The position numbers and the translations under genes were made by a program. The notes under the pieces are model-generated. The model searched no databases, was not told the DNA's origin, and saw nothing but the letters and a program-made list of their open reading frames with translations. A DNA stretch of 64,000 nt from contig JAGBBO010000027.1 of assembly GCA_017938435.1 (NCBI GenBank), positions 2,264-66,263 of the forward strand. Reading direction: 5' to 3'. Positions 1 to 9,075 of the stretch are shown here, in pieces. The stretch is from Alphaproteobacteria bacterium (GTDB lineage Bacteria; Pseudomonadota; Alphaproteobacteria; Rs-D84; CACZYB01). The first letter of the stretch is position 1, and each line of letters starts with the position of its first letter.

Positions 1-237
1 TTTTGTATTCGCTAACCATATAAAAATTCCAATAAATGAAAGATGGAAATTCAAAAAATATTATGAAAAAGATTTGGAAAAACATAAACCTGATATGTTT
101 ATTTTAGTAATGAATGATTATGATTTATCGCTTTTAAACCAATTTAATCCATTTTTAACATTAAATTAGGAATATCATATTATTGGCAGAACATCTTTAT
201 TTTACTACAATAACTATATAAAAATATAGGAGGTAAA

Positions 238-795
238 ATGAAAGTTTCAAAAGAAATTATATCTGCACTTGAAAAAGATAAAGTTGCACCAATCATTGGA
301 AATCCAAACGGAAAAACTATTATTTACGAATTTTTCGATTACAACTGTGGACATTGCAAAAATCAAAATATAATTATGAACGAACTTATCCAAGCAAACA
401 AAGATATCAAAATAATTCTTAAAAATTTTCCAATATTCCCCGTATCTCATCTTCCTGCAAAAGCGACCGTTGCCGCACAAAAACAGGGTAAAACTTTTCT
501 ACTCCATAAATCCCTTTTTGAAAATCACCTTCTTCCATTCAATTATTCAGAAATAGGCGTAGAAACATTAAACAAAAAGATATTAGATAAAGTTTTATCC
601 ATAGCAAAAAAAATCGGACTTAACATCAAAAAACTCGAAAACGATATGTGTTCCGAAGAAGTCGAAAAAGAAATTGACATAACAAAAAAAATTGCACATC
701 AACTAAATATCCACGGAACACCTGCAATAATTATAAAAGACAAAGTATTCCCTGGTTTTATGGATATTGCCGAAATAAAAGAAGCTATAAAATAA
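238..795 (+). CDS. DsbA-like thioredoxin-fold protein (CGHC active-site motif)
   Basis: FDYNCGHCKN motif typical of DsbA/thioredoxin-fold oxidoreductases. Strong RBS aggaggt 6 nt upstream of the ATG. No obvious signal peptide. Confidence 0.55.
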   Translation: MKVSKEIISALEKDKVAPIIGNPNGKTIIYEFFDYNCGHCKNQNIIMNELIQANKDIKIILKNFPIFPVSHLPAKATVAAQKQGKTFLLHKSLFENHLLPFNYSEIGVETLNKKILDKVLSIAKKIGLNIKKLENDMCSEEVEKEIDITKKIAHQLNIHGTPAIIIKDKVFPGFMDIAEIKEAIK

Positions 796-1043
796 TATTG
801 GCTTTAATATTTTATCTGTCTATAATCTCCCAAAATAAAATATTTTGAGGCATATTATGAATTATAGCAAAGATGTTGTTTTACCTGCCCCCATAACACT
901 ATAGTAAAAATGAAGTTTTGCCATTTTACAACTCCTATATTTTTCGAAAAGTATATAACAAAGAAATTTAAAAGACAATAATCTTTTAATGCTTGATTTT
1001 CTTCCCATAATTATATATAATATAGCCAAGAGAAATTAAAGGG

Positions 1044-3137
1044 TTGAAAATGAAAAAGTTACTTACATATTGCTCATTATTTATTTTAACTGGTTGCCTT
1101 ACCGATAGTGGTACAACTGTATCTCGTGTTAATACATCAACAACAACTGGAACAAATTCTGAACACGAAAAAAATGAAACAACCTCTACATCGACTTTGG
1201 GGGCTCTTTCAAATATAAAATCTATTGAAAACCTTATCACAACAGAAAATAACAATCGTATCATTAATGCATTCAAAACATATAACGAGGAACAATCAGC
1301 TGAAGATAAGAAAGTTTCTGCTGATAAAACAAATATTGCACAGGCAACAGAATATCTTAAACAAGCAAAAACCGGCAATATAAATATTTCAGAAATGATA
1401 ACCGCCATTGATACATTAGTTGCAAAATATTATGATTATTCACCTAAAAAACTTTCATATGATACTTTATCAAAATATTCTCTTGAACTACAAGGGGATA
1501 AGGATGAAACTGCATACGCTGAATACCTTGTTAATAATGTTAATCAAAGTATTATCACAAAAAAGAAAGATGATTTTACAGGAACCGATACGCAAAGTGC
1601 AACTGCACAATATATTGCATATGTTCAAAAGACTTATTTTGATAAAATAAAAACTGATGCAACATTCACTTCATCTGTCACATCTGATTATGCAGGAAAG
1701 GATTATACTGCTGATAATTATATCGGGCTTATGACTGCATTAAATACAAAAAAGGGAGAATTAAAAACTAACACTTCCGCTCTTGAAAGTGAAATTAAAA
1801 CTAATTTAAAAAAACTTGATCCAACAGTAAATGAAATTCCTCTTACAATAGAAAGTGTTATTTCATATTGGCAAAAACAATTAAAAATCCTTAATGTTAT
1901 AAAGGATGTATCCTACCTTTCATCATCGACTATTGATTCCAATGATATGAAAACAAATATATTGGGAAATGATATAACTGTGGGTTATACTTATAACAAA
2001 GCATTAAATGACTACACATTGGATTTGAAAAAGAATGAATATACAGTTTCATTCAAAGCTGCCGATTTCAAAAAAGATGCAAATCATCTTTCATACACTG
2101 CAACAAATAAAAGAGATGATGAAGTAGTTGAAAATAATCCTGTATTTATGACTAATTTAAAGAAATATTTATCTGATGGTGGAAAAACCTCCGATGAAAT
2201 AAAAGCTCGTGCCGAATACGCAATAAAGTTATTCAAGGCTATAAAATCCGAAGCAGATAGAAAAGATGGTGATACAACTGTCTATGCAAATGATGCACAA
2301 AAAACTGAATTTTTAAACTTAACAGATGGCTATGTATCAAACATCAATAATTTAACGGACAGTTCAAGCGAAGATTATAAAAACTTTAATATCGCATTGA
2401 TAATTCTTCAAAGCAAAGGTATGACCCCCGAAGATTTCGAATTGAAAAAGACTGTTTCAACAACAGATACTGTTTACCTTGGTGGAAATTATGCCGGTCT
2501 ATCATTCTCTGATTTTGGTGTTTGGAATATTTCATCAAGTAATACTTATACTGGAAATAAAACTTTGCTTAATTATCTAAAAAATACTGTTGCAAAAGAC
2601 ACTAGTTCATCAGAAAATTATTCATTCTATAGTGGTCTTGATAGTCTAAAACAAAAGACTTTAAAGGATGAATCTATGGGTGATAAAGAAATAGTATTCA
2701 CAGGAAACACTATTGGTTACGGAACATTAACTGGAAAAGCAGAAGCTGATACTCAAAAGGTAAATCTTAATGGAACCGCAAAACTTAATGTCACAGCAAG
2801 GGATGCAAATGCTTATTTAACATTAACATTTCCTAAATGGTATGGTTTCCGAATTAACAGTATTAACCTACAAAACAAAGACGGTTTTTCCAAAGAATTT
2901 ACAGGAAACACTTCCGAAGCATACATAAATAGTTCTTGCACATCATGTGGTTGGTTTAAGTCTGATGAAAATGGCAGTATCAAACTTACTGGTTCAGTAA
3001 ATGGTGCACAATATGGACTAGAAGAAAATACTCCAACCGAAGCAGTTGGTGTTTATAAAATAACTTCTTCTGATGTCGATACGGAAAAATATACTGATAT
3101 AAAAATCGAAGGTGCATTTGGTGTAAAAAAGCAATAA
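1044..3137 (+). CDS. large surface lipoprotein, possibly TbpB-like handle/barrel family
   Basis: Signal peptide with lipobox LTGC. Long Thr/Ser/Asn-rich body. C-terminus GAFGVKKQ resembles the C-terminal strand of TbpB-like surface lipoprotein barrels, but this rests on recollection only. Confidence 0.45.
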   Translation: MKMKKLLTYCSLFILTGCLTDSGTTVSRVNTSTTTGTNSEHEKNETTSTSTLGALSNIKSIENLITTENNNRIINAFKTYNEEQSAEDKKVSADKTNIAQATEYLKQAKTGNINISEMITAIDTLVAKYYDYSPKKLSYDTLSKYSLELQGDKDETAYAEYLVNNVNQSIITKKKDDFTGTDTQSATAQYIAYVQKTYFDKIKTDATFTSSVTSDYAGKDYTADNYIGLMTALNTKKGELKTNTSALESEIKTNLKKLDPTVNEIPLTIESVISYWQKQLKILNVIKDVSYLSSSTIDSNDMKTNILGNDITVGYTYNKALNDYTLDLKKNEYTVSFKAADFKKDANHLSYTATNKRDDEVVENNPVFMTNLKKYLSDGGKTSDEIKARAEYAIKLFKAIKSEADRKDGDTTVYANDAQKTEFLNLTDGYVSNINNLTDSSSEDYKNFNIALIILQSKGMTPEDFELKKTVSTTDTVYLGGNYAGLSFSDFGVWNISSSNTYTGNKTLLNYLKNTVAKDTSSSENYSFYSGLDSLKQKTLKDESMGDKEIVFTGNTIGYGTLTGKAEADTQKVNLNGTAKLNVTARDANAYLTLTFPKWYGFRINSINLQNKDGFSKEFTGNTSEAYINSSCTSCGWFKSDENGSIKLTGSVNGAQYGLEENTPTEAVGVYKITSSDVDTEKYTDIKIEGAFGVKKQ

Positions 3138-3220
3138 CACTACTTGATTTTTAAATTTTAAATTATATAATCCAGTGTCATAGATTCAAAAATTTATGAC
3201 ACTTTTTTACGGAGTTTTAA

Positions 3221-4606
3221 ATGGAAAACAAAAACGAATTGGCTGTAAAGCCGATACACTCTTTAATTATTAAATTTGCCCTACCATCAATCATCGCATT
3301 TTTGGTAAGTTCACTTTATAATATAGTCGATCAAATTTTTGTTGGAAATTATTCCGGATATTTGGGTAATGCCGCAACATCTATCGTATTTCCAATTTTC
3401 ATTTTTGGTATGGCTATTGCAAGTTGCATTTCCGATGGTGGTGTTGCATACTTCTCACTTCAACTTGGTGCTGGGCATAAAAAAATTGCAGAAAAAATTT
3501 TTGGTAATGTAATAAGTCTGCTTATCATTTTTCCTTTACTTATCACATTGGGTTCCTACATTTTTCTTGATGATATATTGGATTTTTTGGGGGCTACAAA
3601 AGAAATTTTTCCATTGGCAAAAAGCTATGCTCAAATTATGTTTATTGGAATACCAGTTTTTCTTCTTGGTATGGGATTAAACGCATTTATCCGTGCTGAT
3701 GGAAGTCCAAAATATGCAATGATTTCAATGCTTATTGGTGCAATTTTAAATCTTATTTTAGATCCAATTTTCATATTTACATTTGATTGGGGAATTGCCG
3801 GTGCTGCATGGGCAACCGTTATCTCAGAAATATTTTCATTTATTTGGGCTATTTCCTACCTTCCTAAATTTAAGGCAATGAAAGTAAAAATCAAAAGTTT
3901 AAAACTAAGTTTTCCTATCATAAGAAAAATTGTAACTTATGGAATTTCAAATTTCCTTATTTCATCCGCAATGACATTTGTTGTAATTGCATTTAATAAC
4001 AGCCTTAAAAAATATGGTGCAGAAAGTATTTATGGAAGCAACATTCCCCTTTCTGCCTACGCCCTAACTGCAAAGGTCAACCAAATATTTATGTCATTTA
4101 TGATTGGTTTAGGTATCGGTCTTCAACCTATTGTTGGTTTCAACTATGGCGCACGCAATTACAAAAGGGTAAAAGACACATTCAAAACCACTTTAAAAAT
4201 AGCAATATTTATAGGTCTAATATTTTCAATTTTACTTCAATCATTCCCATATATTTTCATAAGGATGTTTGGTTCAGGATCCAAACTTTACTATGACTTT
4301 GCAAGTATGTCATTTAGAATAATTTTCATAGGACAAATTTTCATTGCAACTTGTATAATCACAAGCAATTTTTTCCGTGCCATTGGTCGTCCATGGATGG
4401 CAGTCCTTTCCGCAGGTTCGCGTTTTACTGCATTTTTCATTCCTGCAATCTATTTTCTACCAAAAATTTTTGGTATAAATGGTGTCCTTTGGGTAACACC
4501 AACCACCGAATTTTTATCAGCCACATTCTCCCTATGGCTTATATCACTTGAAATGAAAAAGTTAAATAAATTGATAAAAAACGAAGAACGAAGGAAATCG
4601 ATTTAA
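3221..4606 (+). CDS. MATE family multidrug efflux transporter
   Basis: 461 aa with 12 predicted TM segments. The two-lobed hydrophobic repeat architecture and length are typical of MATE (NorM/DinF) transporters. Confidence 0.75.
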   Translation: MENKNELAVKPIHSLIIKFALPSIIAFLVSSLYNIVDQIFVGNYSGYLGNAATSIVFPIFIFGMAIASCISDGGVAYFSLQLGAGHKKIAEKIFGNVISLLIIFPLLITLGSYIFLDDILDFLGATKEIFPLAKSYAQIMFIGIPVFLLGMGLNAFIRADGSPKYAMISMLIGAILNLILDPIFIFTFDWGIAGAAWATVISEIFSFIWAISYLPKFKAMKVKIKSLKLSFPIIRKIVTYGISNFLISSAMTFVVIAFNNSLKKYGAESIYGSNIPLSAYALTAKVNQIFMSFMIGLGIGLQPIVGFNYGARNYKRVKDTFKTTLKIAIFIGLIFSILLQSFPYIFIRMFGSGSKLYYDFASMSFRIIFIGQIFIATCIITSNFFRAIGRPWMAVLSAGSRFTAFFIPAIYFLPKIFGINGVLWVTPTTEFLSATFSLWLISLEMKKLNKLIKNEERRKSI

Positions 4607-4664
4607 TGTTGCAATGCCATAAAGTTTATGATAAAATTTAAACATATTTAAAGAGGGGAAAATT

Positions 4665-5402
4665 ATGTTTAAAAATTTAAAAATCATAAGTTTAATTTTA
4701 CTTTGCAGTTGCACCGTTGCAAATAATGAAAAAATCTATACCGACCTTATTCCAACAATCAGGAATAAAGGCGAAGGTTCAATTGCATCAATCCAAGAAA
4801 AAAATCTTTTTGTTTGCAACATTGATGAAAAGGAAGGTCCGCAAAATTATTGTGATAAAGATGGTAAACTTTTTAATGGAACTATTACACAAAATTATGA
4901 TGATATAAAAATTCAATATATTTTTAAAAACGGAAAACCGGTAAAGGAAAAAGATTTTGAAAATGGTAAACTTGTTTCTTCATCAAATATTAAAATGACT
5001 TTTCCTATTGACTTGCCACGCATTTATTCAACAAAATATTACGATGAAAATGGGAAAATTTCATCCGAATATAAATTTGATAATGGAGAGGCAAAATCTA
5101 CACTAAAAACATTCTGTCCTGACGGTTCAATAGAAAAAGAAATAAAAATAAGTCAAACTACAAATAATAGAAATATAGCTGTAACCAAACAAACAACATA
5201 TAAAAAATTTAAAGCAGATGGTTGGTCTCTACCAATAACTAAATTCGAACATTTAACATTAAAATTAAACCCAAAATATCCTTCGTTAAAAAAAGAAGAC
5301 TTCGGAATTATAGGTTTTTACACCGGCAAAGTTGACATACTCAACTGTAATAACGAAGTTGTTGAAACATACAATTTTGAAAACGGTAAGAAAATCGATT
5401 AA
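4665..5402 (+). CDS. lipoprotein with MORN/YwqK-like repeats, paralogue A
   Basis: Lipoprotein signal peptide (LLCSC). Repeated x-Y-x-NGK motifs. Start region and coding sequence are duplicated at 5490. Confidence 0.6.
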   Translation: MFKNLKIISLILLCSCTVANNEKIYTDLIPTIRNKGEGSIASIQEKNLFVCNIDEKEGPQNYCDKDGKLFNGTITQNYDDIKIQYIFKNGKPVKEKDFENGKLVSSSNIKMTFPIDLPRIYSTKYYDENGKISSEYKFDNGEAKSTLKTFCPDGSIEKEIKISQTTNNRNIAVTKQTTYKKFKADGWSLPITKFEHLTLKLNPKYPSLKKEDFGIIGFYTGKVDILNCNNEVVETYNFENGKKID

Positions 5403-5489
5403 AAACGAAGAACGAAGAAAATCGATTTAATGTTGCAATAACATAAAGTTTATGATAAAATTTAAACATATTATAAAGAGGGGATAAAA

Positions 5490-6284
5490 ATGTTTAAAAA
5501 TTTAAAATATGCAAGTTTCATCTTGCTTGTCGGCTGTGCTGCAATAAATAATCAAGAAAAAATTTACACTGACCTTATTCCAACAATCGTTGGTGAGGAA
5601 GAAGGCGATGTTTCATTCATTCAAGATGAAAATCTTTTCGTTTGCAATATCGATGATAAAAAGGGTCCTCAATCATTTTGTGATAAGGACGGAAAACTTT
5701 TCACCGGTCGTGTTGAAATGGATCTCGACGATGATAGCCTAAAAATATTTTATGTTTTCGAAAATGGTAATGTGGTAAAGGAAGAAAATTACGAAAACGA
5801 TAAACTTATCAGTTCATCAGATGTAAAATTGAATAACTTTCTTCCTGCTTTTCCAAAGGCATATTCAGAAACATTCTATAATGACAACGGTACCATAAAG
5901 GCAATATACAAATATGATAACGGTAACCGCTCTTCTGTTTTAACAGTATATTGCCCTGACGGTTCAAGGGAAAAAGAAGTAACCGTAATGCAGGATACAA
6001 CAACCGAACGAATTGATCCAACAAAGATATTAACAGTATATTGCCCTGATGGTTCAAGGGAAAAATAAGTAACTGTAATGCAGGATACAACAACCGAACG
6101 AATTAATCTAACAAAGATAACTCATTTCTTTAAAACAAATACAGAATATGGAATGTCAAAATTTGAATCATTCGTTTATCCTGCACAATACTTATCTGGT
6201 AACTATACCGGCATTGCCGAAATCAAAGATTGTAACGGAAATACTGTGGAAACAGTAAGACTTGAAAACGGTAAGAAAATCTGA
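5490..6284 (+). pseudogene. lipoprotein paralogue B, interrupted by a nonsense codon inside a 90-bp in-frame tandem duplication
   Basis: Lipobox LVGC and homology to paralogue A along its length. ORF 5490..6068 ends at a TAA (GAA to TAA) inside the second copy of the 90-bp repeat. ORF 6078..6284 continues the homology, ending ...ENGKKI as paralogue A ends ...ENGKKID. Confidence 0.5.
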
Positions 6285-6287
6285 ATT

Positions 6288-7334
6288 TTAATCCCGTTCA
6301 AAAAGACAAACCAATTCTAAATGTTTGGTATTTGGAAACTGATCGACTGGTGTAATTTTCTTTAATTTATACCCACCATCACAAAGGATTTTTGCATCAG
6401 TTTTAAATGCCAATGGATTACACGAAACATACACAACAGTTTTAACTGAACTTTTCGCAATCTCCAAACATTGAGCCCTTGCCCCATCGCGTGGTGGATC
6501 CAAAACAATCACATCCATCTCAGAAATTTTATCCGCACGCAAAGGATGCTTAAATAAATCCATCGCCTTTGATTCAATATTAAAATGATAAGAATTTGCA
6601 ATCCTTTTTAATTGATGCACTGCCTCATCATCACAATCAATAGCCAATACTTCATCAGCAACATCCTTTAAATAAAATGAAAAAAGCCCAAGCCCACAAA
6701 AAATATCACCTGCTTTTTTAAAATGATTTTTTCCCAAATACGAAAGAACAATATCAACAATTTTTTGCTCTGTTTCCTTTGCCGGTTGTAAAAAAGTTTT
6801 TGCCGGATACGGAATTTTCACAGAATTAAATATAACAATAGGTTCTTCTTTTTTATAAAGTTCCTCCGCCCCACTTGTAATACGAAGCACATTATATTTC
6901 TCGGCAAATTCCTTTATCTTCTGCCTATCAAGAAGCATTATATTTATATTTTCGAAATGCAAAGTCAAACCATTATCAACCTTTGCAACAACAATGTTTC
7001 CATCACTTCGTTTCACAAAAGATTTAAAAAGTTTTTTAAGAGGTAAAAGAAGTGCATTTATTTCTGGCAACAAAAGAGGACATTTTTGAACTGATACAAC
7101 ATCATTTGACTTTGCTTTAAAAAAACCAATATTACAACCATAATCAATTTTAAATGTTGCCTTTCGCCTTATACCACTTTCAAAAGTAATAATAGGCTCC
7201 AACTTTTCAAATGAAACACCATCCAAAAGCGACTTCAGATGATTCATTTTTTGCATTTCATATTCTACCCTATCAATACCTTGAATCTGGCAACCACCAC
7301 AAACACCAAAATATATACACTTATTTTCTATCAT
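6288..7334 (-). CDS. RNA (uracil-5)-methyltransferase, TrmA/RumA family, RlmC/RumB-like (Fe-S Cys cluster, no TRAM domain)
   Basis: N-terminal CIYFGVCGGCQIQ cluster. C-terminal SAM-MTase region with DPPR and conserved Cys (VSCNP). About 350 aa. Confidence 0.65.
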   Translation of the reverse strand: MIENKCIYFGVCGGCQIQGIDRVEYEMQKMNHLKSLLDGVSFEKLEPIITFESGIRRKATFKIDYGCNIGFFKAKSNDVVSVQKCPLLLPEINALLLPLKKLFKSFVKRSDGNIVVAKVDNGLTLHFENINIMLLDRQKIKEFAEKYNVLRITSGAEELYKKEEPIVIFNSVKIPYPAKTFLQPAKETEQKIVDIVLSYLGKNHFKKAGDIFCGLGLFSFYLKDVADEVLAIDCDDEAVHQLKRIANSYHFNIESKAMDLFKHPLRADKISEMDVIVLDPPRDGARAQCLEIAKSSVKTVVYVSCNPLAFKTDAKILCDGGYKLKKITPVDQFPNTKHLELVCLFERD

Positions 7335-7552
7335 AATAAATACTATTATTGCTATTTTTTGCTAAATATCAAGTATAATCTGGAAAAACAGGAATTTGTT
7401 CTTTCAAATAATTCTTGAGTTATAGTATGAAAGATTTATAATTTATATCGTTAATATGGTTAAGGTATAAAGATTTTAAATTTATTTATGGCTTGTTTAT
7501 CTTTTACTTCCATCATATTTTCATATTATTAACTTTAATTATGAGGAAATTG

Positions 7553-7753
7553 ATGACAAAAGGAACAGTAAAATGGTTTAACGCCAAAAAAGGTTATGGT
7601 TTTATTCAACCAGATGATGGATCAAAAGATGTTTTTGTTCACATTACTGCAGTAAAAGCTGCCGGTATATTCTTGAACGAAGGCACCCGATTGGAATTTG
7701 AAATAATCTCTGATAATGGTAAACAAGCAGCCGGCAATCTTAAACAAATATAA
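7553..7753 (+). CDS. cold-shock protein, CspA family
   Basis: [21 protein letters not shown] motifs. The real start is ATG at 7553 with RBS aggaaa. The listed ORF from 7493 is a 5' over-extension. The 5' leader is long (about 220 nt). Confidence 0.9.
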   Translation: MTKGTVKWFNAKKGYGFIQPDDGSKDVFVHITAVKAAGIFLNEGTRLEFEIISDNGKQAAGNLKQI

Positions 7754-7783
7754 AAAAACCTCCCATCTGGGAGGCTTTTTTTT
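7753..7783. terminator. bidirectional rho-independent terminator between the cold-shock gene and the 7797..8924 gene
   Basis: A7-cctccca-tc-tgggagg-cT9: a 7-bp GC-rich stem flanked by an A-run and a T-run. Confidence 0.7.
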
Positions 7784-7796
7784 CAATCAATAAAAT

Positions 7797-8924
7797 TTAT
7801 CTTTGTTCTGCAAAATTATTCAAAACAATACCTTCAATATTTTTAGTATTAGTATTTCTAACTAATTCATCGAATGCTTGTTTCTGTGTTTTTACATCTT
7901 TACCATCAAACACTTTTTGATAAACCGCATGATTTGATGGAACACTTAATTCCCATTTATATGGTTTAAATTTAGTTCTATCAGCACCAAGTTCTAATAC
8001 TTCTGGAATAAAATTCATTTGTTCAACAGTCGCAGTCAAATCCAATCCTTTCTTAACAACTTCGTTAAGCAAGTAATAATAATCAGCAGCAGGAAATGTT
8101 GAATCTTGAAGATTATAATCGTTAATAAAAACTATGCCATTTTCTTTTTGGAAAATTTTTGCAATAGATTTTCTTTTTCCATCTTCGGCTTCTTCTTTTG
8201 TAAGCATAACAACAGTTTGATTATTAAGCATCCCTTTTTTTAAAGCATCATAAAATGCATTAACTGGTTCAAAATCATTTGATTTATCACCCTTTGTAAA
8301 AGAACGAAGACCATGAAAAACTATTGCACCATTTTTACCATCTTTTACAAAATCAGAACCTGCCTTTGCAAAAATTTCTTTTGTATTTTCTTTAAAACTT
8401 CCATCAGGAAGAGAAACTCTTCCTCCCATAAAAAATGCCTTTGCATCCCCAGACAAAACATTTGAAATAATCTCTGTTATTGGATTAAGTCTTGCAAAAT
8501 CAGAAGCTCTTTCTTCTATATTTTTCTTTGATGACGAAGCAACCAAATCAGCAGGATAAGATGAAATTTTTACATCAGGATTTCTTTCTTTATATTGGCT
8601 AATTGCCTCCTCTGGCATAACAAGAGAAATATTTTTAATATTTTTCATTTCTATATCATAAAATTTATCACTAGAAAGAACCAAGTTTATATTTTTTGCG
8701 ACATCTTTGTTTTCTGCAACTTTTTCAAAAAACTTAATACCCATATCCGCAGCACTTACGACAGAAATTTTACCATCTTTTCCTGCTTCAAGAACTTTTT
8801 CTTCTGCATTATCCAATGATAAATCAATAATTTCCTTATCTTTTACATCTTCAAGCAAAGACTTTACAGTATTTGAATAACCTTTAAATGTTGCTTCATC
8901 AATAATTCCAAAATATTTAACCAT
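7797..8924 (-). CDS. hypothetical protein (375 aa, no signal peptide)
   Basis: Long ORF with an RBS. No family recognised. Confidence 0.45.
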   Translation of the reverse strand: MVKYFGIIDEATFKGYSNTVKSLLEDVKDKEIIDLSLDNAEEKVLEAGKDGKISVVSAADMGIKFFEKVAENKDVAKNINLVLSSDKFYDIEMKNIKNISLVMPEEAISQYKERNPDVKISSYPADLVASSSKKNIEERASDFARLNPITEIISNVLSGDAKAFFMGGRVSLPDGSFKENTKEIFAKAGSDFVKDGKNGAIVFHGLRSFTKGDKSNDFEPVNAFYDALKKGMLNNQTVVMLTKEEAEDGKRKSIAKIFQKENGIVFINDYNLQDSTFPAADYYYLLNEVVKKGLDLTATVEQMNFIPEVLELGADRTKFKPYKWELSVPSNHAVYQKVFDGKDVKTQKQAFDELVRNTNTKNIEGIVLNNFAEQR

Positions 8925-9044
8925 CTTTAACTCCTATTTTGTTAATATAGCATATCTTAGCAAACTTGTCCAATTTTTAAGATATATATATAATTTAACA
9001 TAAAGTTTTTTTGTCAAGCATTTTTTATATAAAAACAACACAAA

Positions 9045-9072
9045 TATAAAAAAGCCCCAATCACGGGGCTAA
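9045..9072 (-). terminator. rho-independent terminator downstream of the RND permease gene
   Basis: agcccc-aatcac-ggggct hairpin. On the minus-strand transcript it is followed by UUUUUA. Confidence 0.5.
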
Positions 9073-9075
9073 TTT

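Noticed and set aside
986-1408. 140-aa minus-strand ORF overlapping the start of the 1044..3137 lipoprotein gene, and ORF 247..480 (-) inside the DsbA-like gene
   Set aside because: Antisense overlap with better-supported genes, with no RBS or motif support.
7493-7552. The 20-codon N-terminal extension of the cold-shock ORF ([20 protein letters not shown])
   Set aside because: Hydrophobic junk upstream of the canonical [10 protein letters not shown] start, which has its own RBS. Cold-shock genes carry long untranslated leaders.
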